From Candidatus Latescibacterota bacterium (lineage in GTDB: Bacteria; Latescibacterota; UBA2968; UBA8231), in the NCBI GenBank assembly GCA_963422735.1, contig OY730476.1, positions 4,832,001-4,896,000 on the forward strand: DNA of 64,000 nt. The letters are read 5' to 3'. Every line of letters starts with the position of its first letter. Position 1 is the first letter of the stretch. The translations under genes and the position numbers were made by a program. This document shows positions 39,168 through 49,664 of the stretch, one piece after another. Under the pieces are notes generated by a model, which saw only the letters and a program-made list of their open reading frames with translations, was not told where the DNA came from and did no database searches.

Positions 39168-40945
39168 TGCCGCCGATGATCCGCGACGAGCAGGAAATAG
39201 ACCAAAAGTCCATCGATCTCCGCCTAGTGGCGAGGCTGTTGGGTTTCTTGCGGCCCTACTGGCCTTGGGCCGTCTCGACTTTATTGCTCATCCTCGCCGC
39301 CTCACTGGCTCGCCAGGCCGGTCCTGTGCTGACCAAAATAGCCGTTGACGACCACATCGTGCCCGGCGATCTGGACGGCCTAGGCCCCCTCGTCCTGCTT
39401 TTTGCCGCGCTGTTGGTAGCTCAATTTGCCATTGGCTATGCCCAAAGCTGGATCACCAGTATAGTCGGCCAGTGGACCATGCGCGACGTGCGCTTGAACA
39501 TTTTCACCTGCCTACAGCACCTGCCGCTCAAATTCTTCGATCGCACCCCCATCGGCCGGCTGATGGCGCGCAATACCAGCGATGTCGATGCACTCAACGA
39601 ATTCTTCACCTACGGCGCGGTCTCCCTAGTGACGGAAGCCGTCACCATCGCCTCTATTCTGTTTTACATCTTCTACTATCTCGATGTCGAGTTGGGCCTG
39701 CTCACCTGCGCCTTTTTGCCGGTGGCCTTTGCCGCCACCCTGTGGCTGCAAAACCGCACTTACCGGGCCTTTCGCCAAGCCCGCACCCGCTTTGCCCGCT
39801 TCAGTGCCGATTTGCAGGAAACCCTGTCGGGTATAGAGGTAGTAAAACTGTTCAACTGCGAGCCGCGCAGTGCCCGCCGCTTTAACGAGGGCACCGACGA
39901 ATACCTCGACGCCCGCTTGGTCCGCACCCTGTACCACTCGGCCTATTTCCCCTTTATGGAATTATGCGGTGCTGCCCTGATGGCTCTGGTGCTGTGGTAC
40001 GGTGTCGGCCAAGTGCTGCGCGAGGAAATCGCCTGGGGCGTTTTGGTGGCCATGCTGCAATACGTGCCTCGCTTCTTCATGCCCATCCGCAACCTAGCCG
40101 AGGAATACGCCACCGTGCAGGTGGCCATGGCCTCTTCCGAGCGCATCTTTGAACTGATTGACGCCGAGCCAGAGCCGGTCGGCGGTTCTGTACGCCGGGA
40201 GCGCATCGCCGGTGCTATCGAATTCCGCCACGTGTGGTTTGCTTATGAAGGGAAAGAATGGGTCCTGCGCGATGTTTCTTTTTGCGCCGCACCGGGCCAG
40301 AGCTTGGCACTAGTCGGAGCTACCGGCTCGGGCAAGACTACTATCGTCAGCTTGCTGTGCCGCTTTTACGAGATTCAACGAGGGCAAATTTTGGTTGACG
40401 GCATCGACATCCTCGAGTGGGATGTGGAAGCGCTGCGGCGGCGCTTAGGTCTAGTGCAGCAGGATGTCTTTCTCTTTGCCGGCGACATTGCCAGCAATAT
40501 CCGCCTCGGTGCTCCCGAGCTGTCGGACGAAGCGGTCGCACAGGCGGCCCGCTATGTCAACGCCGACCGCTTTATCGACCGCCTGCCCAACACCTACCAG
40601 CACGAGGTACAAGAGCGCGGAGCGGCCCTGTCTGCCGGCCAGCGTCAGCTTTTGTCCTTTGCCCGCGCCCTAGCTGCGGACCCGGACATTCTGGTGCTGG
40701 ACGAAGCCACTGCCCACATCGACACCGAGACCGAAGGCTGGATCCAAGAGGCCGTGAAAAAACTGATGCGCGACCGCACCTCCATTGTCATTGCCCATCG
40801 CCTGTCCACCATCCGCAGCGCCGACAAAATCCTCGTGCTGCACCGAGGTCAGTTGCGCGAAGAGGGTCGCCACGAAGAACTTCTAGCCCAAGACGGCATT
40901 TACGCCCGCCTGCATCAATTGCAATACAACGAAGCCCTTACCTAG
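39167..40945 (+). CDS. Heterodimeric ABC exporter subunit (MdlB/YheH-like)
   Basis: GATGSGKT, LSAGQRQ, VLDEAT. Confidence 0.9.
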   Translation: MPPMIRDEQEIDQKSIDLRLVARLLGFLRPYWPWAVSTLLLILAASLARQAGPVLTKIAVDDHIVPGDLDGLGPLVLLFAALLVAQFAIGYAQSWITSIVGQWTMRDVRLNIFTCLQHLPLKFFDRTPIGRLMARNTSDVDALNEFFTYGAVSLVTEAVTIASILFYIFYYLDVELGLLTCAFLPVAFAATLWLQNRTYRAFRQARTRFARFSADLQETLSGIEVVKLFNCEPRSARRFNEGTDEYLDARLVRTLYHSAYFPFMELCGAALMALVLWYGVGQVLREEIAWGVLVAMLQYVPRFFMPIRNLAEEYATVQVAMASSERIFELIDAEPEPVGGSVRRERIAGAIEFRHVWFAYEGKEWVLRDVSFCAAPGQSLALVGATGSGKTTIVSLLCRFYEIQRGQILVDGIDILEWDVEALRRRLGLVQQDVFLFAGDIASNIRLGAPELSDEAVAQAARYVNADRFIDRLPNTYQHEVQERGAALSAGQRQLLSFARALAADPDILVLDEATAHIDTETEGWIQEAVKKLMRDRTSIVIAHRLSTIRSADKILVLHRGQLREEGRHEELLAQDGIYARLHQLQYNEALT

Positions 40946-40988
40946 CGAGCGCAACTCTCCGGCCAAACGCGTCCTATTTACCGCTATA

Positions 40989-41107
40989 ATTGACGGAATT
41001 TCCTAGTGTACGGTTGGGGATTCCGGTTTCATGTAGGCGGTATCACTCGGCTGGCCCGTAGCCCTCGTCCGGGCCAGCGTGGTCCCCGTCGCCAAGGGGG
41101 CGGATGG
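40989..41107 (+). repeat. Dispersed ~120-140-bp element, copy 2
   Basis: Matches the reverse complement of 3757..3896 with an internal ~20-nt deletion. Confidence 0.85.
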
Positions 41108-41414
41108 AACGGATCACTAACCACGGATCACTAACCACTAACTAGGGGAACTGACCCTCCTTCAATGTGGATCTTAGTCAAAACCGCGTCGCCAAGGGGG
41201 CGGATGGAACGGACCACTAACCACGGATCACTAACCACTAACTAGGGGAACTGACCCTCCTTCAATGTGGATCTTAGTCAAAACCGCGTCGCCAAGGGGG
41301 CGGATGGAACGGACCACTAACCACGGATCACTAACCACTAACCACTGATTAAACAGTCCTTATTCTAGGATAATAGGGGAACTGACCCTCCTTCAATGTG
41401 GATCTTAGTCAAAA
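41087..41414 (+). repeat. 100-bp direct tandem repeat (two full units plus a third containing an extra ~31 bp)
   Basis: CGTCGCCAAGGGGG at 41087, 41187 and 41287; AGGGGAACTGACCCTCCTTCAATGTGGATCTTAGTCAAAA occurs three times. Confidence 0.92.
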
Positions 41415-41472
41415 GACCTCGAGAAGATCCTCCTCGCCCGACGCCCAACCTAGCTGCCAACGAGGAAAACCT

Positions 41473-41982
41473 ATGGCCACTTACTATCCCTCCATAACCG
41501 ACGACCAAGCCGCGCTGATCCGCAACGCGTCGTTGTTTTTCGTCGCCTCCGCCGATCCCGCGCTCGCGACTGGCCCCGAAGGCATCGGTCCGGTCAATCT
41601 CTCGCCCAAGGGTGGCGTACCGCTGCACGTGATTGATCCCAACCAAGTGGCCTTCCTCGACTACTTGGGCAGCGGCAACGAAACAGCGCGGCACGTGGTG
41701 TCCGGCGGCCCTATTACCGTCATGGTTTGCTCTTTTGAAGGAGCAGACGCCGGCATCATTCGCCTCTACGGCAAAGCCACCGTCACCTCGCTCGAAGAAT
41801 CGCCCCACGCCGCGTTGCTGCTACAAACGGAGTCCGAACACCTGCGGACCAAACGCCAAGTAATCGAAGTCGAAGTCGAACTGACCGGTACTAGTTGTGG
41901 CTATGGCGTCCCGGTAATGGAATTAGTGCGCGAGCGCCGCGTCGAAGACCGAGGCCGCCGCTACAAGGACCGCAAAAAGTAA
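41473..41982 (+). CDS. Pyridoxamine 5'-phosphate oxidase-like FMN-binding protein
   Basis: FFVASA, VNLSPKG, LDYLGSGNETARH, TSCGYGVP. Confidence 0.88.
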   Translation: MATYYPSITDDQAALIRNASLFFVASADPALATGPEGIGPVNLSPKGGVPLHVIDPNQVAFLDYLGSGNETARHVVSGGPITVMVCSFEGADAGIIRLYGKATVTSLEESPHAALLLQTESEHLRTKRQVIEVEVELTGTSCGYGVPVMELVRERRVEDRGRRYKDRKK

Positions 41983-42046
41983 ACCGACGCGACGGGAAAA
42001 GTCCTAGAAGCCGTCTGGAAATTGACATACCATAACCGATCTTGAT

Positions 42047-42328
42047 ATGTGGAGTATTCTCGAACACCGAAGGGTGGATAAGCAGGTACAATCCATGCCC
42101 CAAGAAGTCCTCAAGCATTACGAAAAGTGGAAGGATATCGTCGTGATCTCTGGTCCCGAAGGCTTGAGGCTCATCAAAGGGTTCCACGACGAAGCACTGC
42201 GGGGCCAATAGAAAGGATGTAGGTCGTCTCGTCTCGGCCTTCACTATCGCGTCATATACAAAATTGAAGCCAGCGAAATCCTCGTGCAAGTTGCGAGTCT
42301 GACAGCACCCTATTACCGGAGACCATGA
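42047..42328 (+). pseudogene. RelE/HigB-family toxin with in-frame TAG at 42209
   Basis: Manual translation: MWSILEHRRVDK...YEKWKDIV...GFHDEALRGQ*KGCRSSRLGLHYRVIY. Confidence 0.8.
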
Positions 42329-42329
42329 A

Positions 42330-42590
42330 ATGGAAAATTACCGTCGTGCCAAGAAGCAGATTGAGGTATCTGTAGGTGAGTCCGTCCGCATTATCCGCGA
42401 GCTGCAGGAGCTGAGCCAGAATGAACTCGCCCGACGCACTGGCATTCCCCAATCTACTATTTCGGCCATCGAAAACAACCGCATACAGCTTGGGGTTGAG
42501 CGCGCCAAAGTGCTGGCGCAAGCCTTGCAGTGCCCTCCCGCTGTTTTGGTCTTCCCCGGTTGGGAGATCAAACAGAACACAGCCGCCTGA
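42330..42590 (+). CDS. XRE-family HTH antitoxin (HigA-like)
   Basis: GESVRIIRELQELSQNELARRTGIPQSTISAIEN; directly follows the toxin. Confidence 0.85.
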   Translation: MENYRRAKKQIEVSVGESVRIIRELQELSQNELARRTGIPQSTISAIENNRIQLGVERAKVLAQALQCPPAVLVFPGWEIKQNTAA

Positions 42591-42614
42591 GCGAAAGTCC
42601 GTTCCCACAGATCT

Positions 42615-43247
42615 TCAACGCGGCTCAACGTACTCCAAGCCCAGTAATGACAGACACCTCTGTGCCAGCTCATCCACATTGGCTGCATTTACGCCTACAC
42701 TGACCAGCCCATGCTGCCTAATTGCATCCTTCATTTGCGCGTTGTAGCTCAGGCTGCGTGCCAGAAACTTATCCACCATCCTTTTTTCGCGCTGGGGCTT
42801 CGTTCGATACTGACTTGCAGCGCGAATCCTCTGTTCAAAGACGGCGTCACTTGCCGTAAGCCAAATAGCAGCAAGGTTGGCAACATCTAGAGTCGCCACA
42901 AATTCTGGCCACAGAGCGGATCCCTCCACTATTATCGGCTCCTTAGAGGTATCGGTCGAGATCGCCGCGACGAGCGCCTCAACTTGCGGCCATACATTGA
43001 CCTTGTAGTGATGGAGCACATCCTCAATCAATTCGCGTACCGACAGCGATAGATAGTGCTCGGCTATGTGGTCGGGCACCTGCTCAGGTTCCAGTCTCCA
43101 TGGACGACCGGGGTGGCGGGCGAGTTTGTCCGTGGAGATTTGGCTCCACCCCAGCTTTGCTGCCAGCGCGTCGGCCAGGGTCGATTTTCCGACGTGGGAT
43201 GAACCGCCGATGAGGATCACTCTCAAGTCAGCAGGTGCTTTATGCAT
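42615..43247 (-). CDS. P-loop kinase (2-phosphoglycerate kinase-like)
   Basis: VILIGGSSHVGKST, ISTD, IIVEG. Confidence 0.7.
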   Translation of the reverse strand: MHKAPADLRVILIGGSSHVGKSTLADALAAKLGWSQISTDKLARHPGRPWRLEPEQVPDHIAEHYLSLSVRELIEDVLHHYKVNVWPQVEALVAAISTDTSKEPIIVEGSALWPEFVATLDVANLAAIWLTASDAVFEQRIRAASQYRTKPQREKRMVDKFLARSLSYNAQMKDAIRQHGLVSVGVNAANVDELAQRCLSLLGLEYVEPR

Positions 43248-43656
43248 TCTCGTTGAGGACAGTGATGGTGCAGAAGATCAGGAGGACCGCTATGCCGTAC
43301 TGTAGGGTCAGGAGCAGAATCAGGACCTCCACCATGACGGCGCCTAGCACCGTCGCCGCAGTACTCAACAGCACCGACTCGCTCAGAAGTTGGCCAATGA
43401 GCTGGCCGCGATGAGTGCCAAGGGTTTTGCGGACACCGATCTCGTGGGTCCGCCGCCCCGCTCGCGCCGTCGCTAAGTTCACGTGGTTGACCCCGGCGAT
43501 AGTCAGAATTACCACGGCTAAGATGGGGCACAGTGCCAAGTACATGGGGTTGCTACCCGGACCGAGGTTGTTGGGCACTTCCGCCTCGAAGCGGATCGCT
43601 TCGAGGGGCTGTAGCATGTAGGAAGAATCGGGCGGTTCGCGAACCGCCCCTACCAT
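43240..43656 (-). pseudogene. Internal remnant of an FtsX/MacB-type ABC permease
   Basis: LQPL.AI, VNHVNLATARAGRRTHEIGVRKTLG, QLLSES; only 138 aa against ~800 expected. Confidence 0.8.
43630..43653 (-). repeat. GTAG-family REP palindrome
   Basis: GTAG-GGGCGGTTCGCGAACCGCCC directly after the permease ATG. Confidence 0.75.
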
Positions 43657-43686
43657 GGTGCGCCGCTTGTCGGCTTGGTTTGCCGC

Positions 43687-44418
43687 TTACGCTTCTTGGA
43701 CCCGCTCGATGTTCTCGCTCACGATCCTGCCGTCAAACAGGTGAATGATCCGGTGTGCAAAGTCGGCGTAGGCCGGCGAGTGCGTCACCATCACCACCGT
43801 CGTGCCGTTGCGGTTCATCTCGGTGAGCATCTCCATGACCTCGTCGCCGTGACGCGAGTCGAGGTTGCCGGTCGGCTCATCCGCCAGCACCAGCTTCGGC
43901 TCCGAGACCAAGGCCCGCGCCACGGCCACGCGCTGCTGCTGGCCGCCGGAAAGCTGGAGCGGGAAGTGCTTCTCGCGGTGGGTGATCTGCATGTGGTCGA
44001 GGATCGACCGCACCCGCTGCTTGCGCTCCTTGACCGGAATGCCCATGTAGAGCAGGGGTAGCTCGACGTTCTCGTGGACCGTCAATTCGTTGATCAAGTT
44101 GAACGACTGGAAGACAAAGCCAATCGTCCCCTTGCGCAGGTTCGCCCGCAGGCGCTCCGAGTAGGTGGCCACCTCCTCATCGAGCAGGTAGTATGCCCCC
44201 TCGGTCGGGTTGTCGAGCAGGCCGAGCAGATTGAGCAGCGTTGACTTGCCGCAGCCCGACGGCCCCATAATGGCGGCAAATTCGCCTTCGGCGATTTCTA
44301 GGTTGACGTTGTCCAAGGCGGTCGTCTCCACCGCCTCGGTCGTGTACAGCTTGCACAGTCCGACGGTGCGGATCAGGGGTGCCCGGCCGTTTTCAGCGTT
44401 CGATGGGTGCTCAGTCAT
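43687..44418 (-). CDS. MacB/LolD-type ABC transporter ATP-binding protein
   Basis: [36 protein letters not shown]. Confidence 0.93.
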   Translation of the reverse strand: MTEHPSNAENGRAPLIRTVGLCKLYTTEAVETTALDNVNLEIAEGEFAAIMGPSGCGKSTLLNLLGLLDNPTEGAYYLLDEEVATYSERLRANLRKGTIGFVFQSFNLINELTVHENVELPLLYMGIPVKERKQRVRSILDHMQITHREKHFPLQLSGGQQQRVAVARALVSEPKLVLADEPTGNLDSRHGDEVMEMLTEMNRNGTTVVMVTHSPAYADFAHRIIHLFDGRIVSENIERVQEA

Positions 44419-44431
44419 GATTTTCGCTCCT

Positions 44432-44505
44432 TAGTTAGTAGTGGTTAGTGGCCCGGTTCTGATCACTGATCACTGGCCACTGGCCACTGGCCACTGGCCA
44501 CTGAT
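44432..44505. repeat. Heptamer arrays in inverted arrangement (GTGGTTA... / CTGATCA, CTGGCCA)
   Basis: gtggttagtggccc...ctgatca ctgatca ctggcca ctggcca ctggcca ctggcca ctgatc. Confidence 0.8.
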
Positions 44506-44510
44506 CCTTG

Positions 44511-45847
44511 CTAGCGCAACACCAACACGTCCATGTTTTCGCCAAAGGTCTCGTAACTCGAAGTAATTACCTGCTCCCCCGGCTCAAGCCCCTCCAGCAC
44601 CTCGTACACGCGGGGATTCTGGCGTCCCAGTGCGATAGAGCGCCGCGTGGCCCGCTCGCCAGCAGCGTCGAGCACATAGGCCCAGTGGCCCCCGGTCGCC
44701 TGATAGAACCCGCCCCGCGTCACTTGCACTGCTTCATCCAGATCGCCCAACTCCAAGCGGACATGCAGGGTTTGACCGCGCCGGATGCCCTCGGGTGATT
44801 CTCCCTCAAACACCAGGTCAACCTCAAAACGGCCCTCCTTTACCTCTGGATAGACCTTGCGGATTACCACGCTGTAGGGCTCGTCGCCGCTCTGGCCGCG
44901 CTGCCCCCGGCCCACGCGGTCAATGTAGTGCTCGTCGATGGCGGCGCGCACCTTGAAGCCGTCGATCCTGTCGATCTGGCCGAGGCGCCCGCCCCTTTGC
45001 TCTCGCCGACTTCCGCTTCTAGCATGGTTAGCTGCCCGGACACCGGGGCCTGCACCGTTAGGTTGTCGAGCCGGCCGCGGACGATTTTTAGATTGCGCTC
45101 CATGCGCTCGACCGCCGAGATGAGCTGCACCACCTTGCTCGCCGCCAGTAGCGAGTCTTGGGTCTGGGTTTCCTCGGTCAGGGCCATGCGGCGGACGCTG
45201 TACTGGTACTCGTCGCGCAGCCGCTCATATTCTTGGCGCGACAGAATGGCTGTCAAATCTTCCGCCGACAGGCTCTCGTAGCGCTCGAAGTTGCGCTTGT
45301 TGATGGCTAGCTGGTACTCGATTTCCATCAGTGCCTTCCGCGAGCGCAGCAGTTCCTGCTCCATGGTCAACCGACCATTGCGCAACGCCTCTCGGCTGCG
45401 CTCGAGTTCGGCTTCCTGTTGCAGGACGGTCAGCTCCAAATCGGGATTGGCCAGGCGCAGCAGCGGATCGCCCTCGGCCACGGCGGCCCCCTCTTCGGCG
45501 AACACCTGCTCTACTTGGCCACTCTCGAGGGCGTCGAGGTACACGGTGTGCAGCGGCAGCACGGTGCCGCGCACCGAGATGTACTCCTGAAACGGGCCGA
45601 ACTCGACCGTCGAGATCGCCAACCGGTCGCGCTCCACATTCAGCTTGCGCACCCCGAAATCCGCCAGCAGGGCGTATCCGCACAGCCCGCCCAACAGCAA
45701 AGCAGCCGCTCCTAGGGCGATGCGCTTGGGCGTGAATCGCGGCTTTTTGATTTTGCGGTCCATGCCAACTCCGCCGCCGGGACGGGTGCCATCGGGGCTG
45801 GGTTCGGGGGGGTGCTCTTTGGAGAGAACTTGGATGTTTGCGGGCAT
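44511..45847 (-). pseudogene. HlyD/MacA-type periplasmic adaptor (efflux RND MFP), frameshifted near 44990
   Basis: ORFs 44864..45847 and 44511..44951 join as EVGESK..G|RLGQID...FKVRAAIDEHYI...KVYPEV; likely start MDRKIKK at 45763. Confidence 0.85.
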
Positions 45848-45890
45848 GATTACTTATGGCCTTGTCTTGTTATGGCCTTATCTCCGAAAT

Positions 45891-46010
45891 AGCAAGAGAT
45901 ATGCCACATTTTATAGGCTATTGAAAAACAATAAGATGAGTTAAATCAGCCTCTTGGCCGACCCAAGATAGTTGTCCGCTGGTGATACAGGGGTGTCCGC
46001 TGGCGATACA
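45891..46010 (-). promoter_or_regulatory. Sigma-54 promoter, IHF-like tract and tandem enhancer (UAS) pair; cassette 1
   Basis: TGGCAT-N5-TTGCT (rc of 45891-45906); TGTCCGCTGGTGATACA at 45973 and TGTCCGCTGGCGATACA at 45994 (21-bp spacing). Confidence 0.85.
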
Positions 46011-46368
46011 CTTAGGGAGCGGCTTTCTTTTGATGGGTCGGGTCTTCAAATACGCGCTTGCCGGCATAATAACGGCTCGCGGGGCCGATATGGACGGGAC
46101 ACCAATAGCCGTGCCGGATATGTGCCCGCGTGGATCGGCCCAACCAAAATCCGCTAGGGTGCATCTACTTTCTTTAATCTTATGATCTGATGTTACGCAT
46201 TGTCCGGCCAGCGAGCTAGGCACTGGCCGCTATAGAGATGCTAGCGTTGTCCTTGCCTGTAGCAGAAGCGGAGTCGAAGCATCTTATACCTAGGTGCCCG
46301 TGCGTAACGTCAGTTGTGATTCATAGCGACCAATCTGGCAAACTGCGGCACCACTCGTCTAGCCCGCA

Positions 46369-47670
46369 CTATACTGGCAGGACCTCGTTCCTTGGCATCC
46401 TCGTCCATTCTTCGCCCTGTAACTCCATAGCGTGCTCCATGCCTTGGATTATATTGTCCTCAATAGAGCAATACGTCCAAGCGCCATAGCGGCCGATGCT
46501 GCTGACGCCGAAGTGCCCCAACTCGCTCCTCTGCCTAGCGGATTCTCGTTGCGCCAAAGGGGTTATATGGACGTACGCCGGTGCCATGACCACCGAATGC
46601 CAATCTACTAATTGGTGCCCTCTGATTATACCGCACCCCTCCAATTCGCTTAGTACCCGGTCTAGCGTCCTCTTCACTACCGGCTCGTCAACGCGGGCCG
46701 CCATAGGCAATCCTATCTCCACATAGAGGCTCATCTTGTCGGAGGCGAAAAGATTGTCGTAGAAACCAACCCGATAAAAGGAAAGATCGACTTGCGGGAA
46801 ATACACCCAATGAATGCCCTCCCGGCCCTTGCAGTCGAAGCCCAAGTTAAAAACCAGTACCTTGCCGCAGGTATAAGCCTCCGGGTCGTAGTCCCGACCG
46901 CAGACATCGAGGAACCGGGGTAGCGGGATTGTGTTGACCAACCTGCCGTAGGACAACCTTCTTTTGTTGGTCACTATGGTTTTCTTGGGGATATCGACTT
47001 CTAAAACCTGTTCGTTGACACAGATATTCCCGGCGGGAATCTCCCATGCCAAGGCTTTCACGTACTCAAGGGCCCCGCCCGCCGGGTAGGTGAATTCAGC
47101 ATTGTAACTGGTGTCCTTGCCATGGCTGCGAAAATTCTGGACGATTTCTTCTATACTGACATGGGGAAAGAATCTTCCCATCGCCTCGGGGTCCAAACGG
47201 TCTAGATCCACCGAATAGACCTTTTCATTGTAGGGGATCAGGAATTTTTCCGCGATCGAGTGCCCGTAATGGGCGATGAGCATGTCCTTGAAGGTGTGTA
47301 CAGCGCGATTCTCGCGGAAAAACAGGTCGTACAGACACGCTAGGCAATCTGCCTTTTTGAGCTGATGTATATTCTTTTAGAACGGATAATCCACCAATTG
47401 GTATATATAGCACCGCTTGGACCCTCTGTAGATGCGCTGCGGCTCCATGCGCGAGAAGAGGTATTGCTCGATTTCCTTCCTTTGGAAATGAAAAAAATGG
47501 CCGGAGTAGTCCCAAGTATAGCCATTGCGCCGAATCGTTTTGCAGTATCCCCCTATTTCCGGCTCCCTCTCGATGATTACGTACGAATCATCGGGGAGCC
47601 AATTCGCCAGTGCCAGTCCAGTAATGCCTCCGCCGATTATCACATAGTCTCTATGCTCTGTATCGCGCAT
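46369..47670 (-). pseudogene. FAD-dependent oxidoreductase (protoporphyrinogen oxidase/UDP-galactopyranose mutase-like) with in-frame TAA at 47377
   Basis: IIGGGITGL, DYSGHFFH, YPF*KNIHQL reads in frame into PYNEK...GRYGAWTY. Confidence 0.8.
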
Positions 47671-47686
47671 AACAGTATCTCTCTTA

Positions 47687-48520
47687 TTAAAAGAATGTGG
47701 ACCTGACCCCCGAAGCGATCCGACGAATGGCGGCGTTTTGATGGGGATCGGTCCTTGCTACTGGGCGGTTCCAGTACGGCGGACAGGAAACGCTCCACTG
47801 ATCGCCATTGCGTCCCTGTCGCTAGCGGCCTTTATTGCGCCTAGTATCGACGTAAACTACTGCGGCATGAACCTCGTCTGTGTTATCGGCAAGCCTACCG
47901 TGCTTTTCCAGATCTTGGAGCAACTGGGATTTCACTCTGTGCCCCAACATATCTACTTCGGGTTCTGTCTCTATCTCTTTGACTAGATCCGCAGTCTTTT
48001 GCCATGCTCGTCCTTGGCGGATCATCCCGACTATCTTGCGTTTGCGGTTCAAGGTCTTGAGATACTTGCCTATGGAATCGACCGGGTCTATCATCCAGAC
48101 CGTCTTGACGAGCGGGCTTTCCTCGGCGAGCCAGATCGCCATATTCGCCCCTAGTCTGCAACCGACTATGGTCAAGCGTGAGGTATCGGTATGGCCGCAT
48201 TCCCGCAGCAGGTAATTGAGGCCAACCTGATAATCCCGGCGCAGTTCATCGAGATTTGCAGACGCTATTTCGCCGCCTGTATTCCCGTGTCCCTGCGGTT
48301 CTACCCGGACAACGGACATCCCCAACTGCGCCATGGCCCGGCACAAATCAACCGACCATGTGTAGCTGGCATAGAATTCGGTTAGCAAGGGATGCAGGTA
48401 GAGTACCGGCCGGCTCTGGACGCAGGGGTCGCTTTTGGACTGGTAGTGCGCGTAGTACAACCGACCATCGAGTACGCCCTGCATCTCTGGGCATTTTTCG
48501 CCCAATTCAACCCTCTGCAT
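47687..48520 (-). pseudogene. Alpha/beta hydrolase, exosortase-A-associated hydrolase-2-like (no nucleophile: GCRLG); TAG at 47822 probably premature
   Basis: PLLTE, GHGNTGG, GCRLGAN; the frame continues past the TAG to PPYW and stops at 47687, just before the next RBS. Confidence 0.6.
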
Positions 48521-49643
48521 CGCAAACCTCCCAGTACACTTCCTTGTATCTGTCACACATTGCGTTGAAGTTCCAACGGGCGACCCCTTTGCGCGCTCGC
48601 TCTCCCATCTGTTCGAGTCGTCCGCGGTCGGCAAGTAGGCGAACGACTGCCGCCGTTCCTCCTTCTATATCGCCCCGCTCGATCAGAATACCAGCCCTTG
48701 TCTCTTCAATGATTTCAATACACCCATTGACGCGGGTGGACACTACGGGGACGCCCGCAGCCATAGCTTCCAAGACTACAAGGGGAAATCCCTCGTGTGC
48801 CGACATCAGCACAAACGCGTCCATCGCCGCCATGATAGCGGGCACATCGCGCCGCCAACCCAACAGGCGGATGCTCTCTTCCAAGCCCCCGCGGTCTATT
48901 TGGCGTTGAATTTCCTGCCGCAACTCCCCGTCGCCGACCACTATTGCCCTTATACCGGGGATCACGCTCCGGATCCGCTTACACACTTCCACAAAATCCC
49001 CGACCCGTTTGCCGGATTTCATACAACTCACAGTACCGATCACGACACCCTCGACTGGCAGGCCAAGCGCGGCTCTGGCTTGCCTACGAGTCGGCAGCTT
49101 GGCGAACCGACGAGCGTCGAATCCCCCGGAAATCACCCTCACTTTCCCATCCGGCGCGAGACCGTGCTCTATGCAGGTCTTTCTCAACCCTTCCGAAACC
49201 ATGACTTGGGCCACCGACCGCTTTGCGGCCAACCGCTCGCAGACCAGATAGACCTTTTCGACCAGACTCATCGCCGCAACGTCGCAACCTATACCGTGGA
49301 CCGTATGGATGCACGGAATGCGAAGCAACCGCGCAGCTGCTCTGCCGATCAACCCGGCCTTCGGCGTATGGGTATGGACGATGTCCGGTTTGAAACTATT
49401 GAGTAGGTTCATTATCCGTACCAACGCCAAGAGATCTTTGAGAGGCGTTATTTTTCTCCGCAGCGCCGCTACCGTGATTACTTCCACCCCCCGTATTCCT
49501 TGGAGATCTTGCAGCAGCAGTCCGCGCTCGTTGGTTATGACGCAGACTTCCCAATTGGACTGCGCCAACCGGCCGGCCAACTCAATGACTATGCGCTGCG
49601 CCCCGCCAAGCTGTAGTTCGGTTATCATCAAAGCTATTTTCAC
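48507..49643 (-). CDS. Glycosyltransferase family 4 (GT-B)
   Basis: LGGAQ, HTHTPKAG, HTVHG, VGDGELR, EGFPLVVLEAMAAGVPVV. Confidence 0.92.
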   Translation of the reverse strand: MKIALMITELQLGGAQRIVIELAGRLAQSNWEVCVITNERGLLLQDLQGIRGVEVITVAALRRKITPLKDLLALVRIMNLLNSFKPDIVHTHTPKAGLIGRAAARLLRIPCIHTVHGIGCDVAAMSLVEKVYLVCERLAAKRSVAQVMVSEGLRKTCIEHGLAPDGKVRVISGGFDARRFAKLPTRRQARAALGLPVEGVVIGTVSCMKSGKRVGDFVEVCKRIRSVIPGIRAIVVGDGELRQEIQRQIDRGGLEESIRLLGWRRDVPAIMAAMDAFVLMSAHEGFPLVVLEAMAAGVPVVSTRVNGCIEIIEETRAGILIERGDIEGGTAAVVRLLADRGRLEQMGERARKGVARWNFNAMCDRYKEVYWEVCDAEG

Positions 49644-49664
49644 GATTTCTCTCCTGTCATCGGC

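Noticed and set aside
41087-41414. Possible CRISPR array
   Set aside because: The intervening sequences are identical, so it is a tandem duplication.
2657-47824. Amber (TAG) recoding or pyrrolysine readthrough
   Set aside because: The in-frame stops replace different residues (Gln, Trp), one is TAA, and many intact genes end in TAG; nonsense mutation explains them better.
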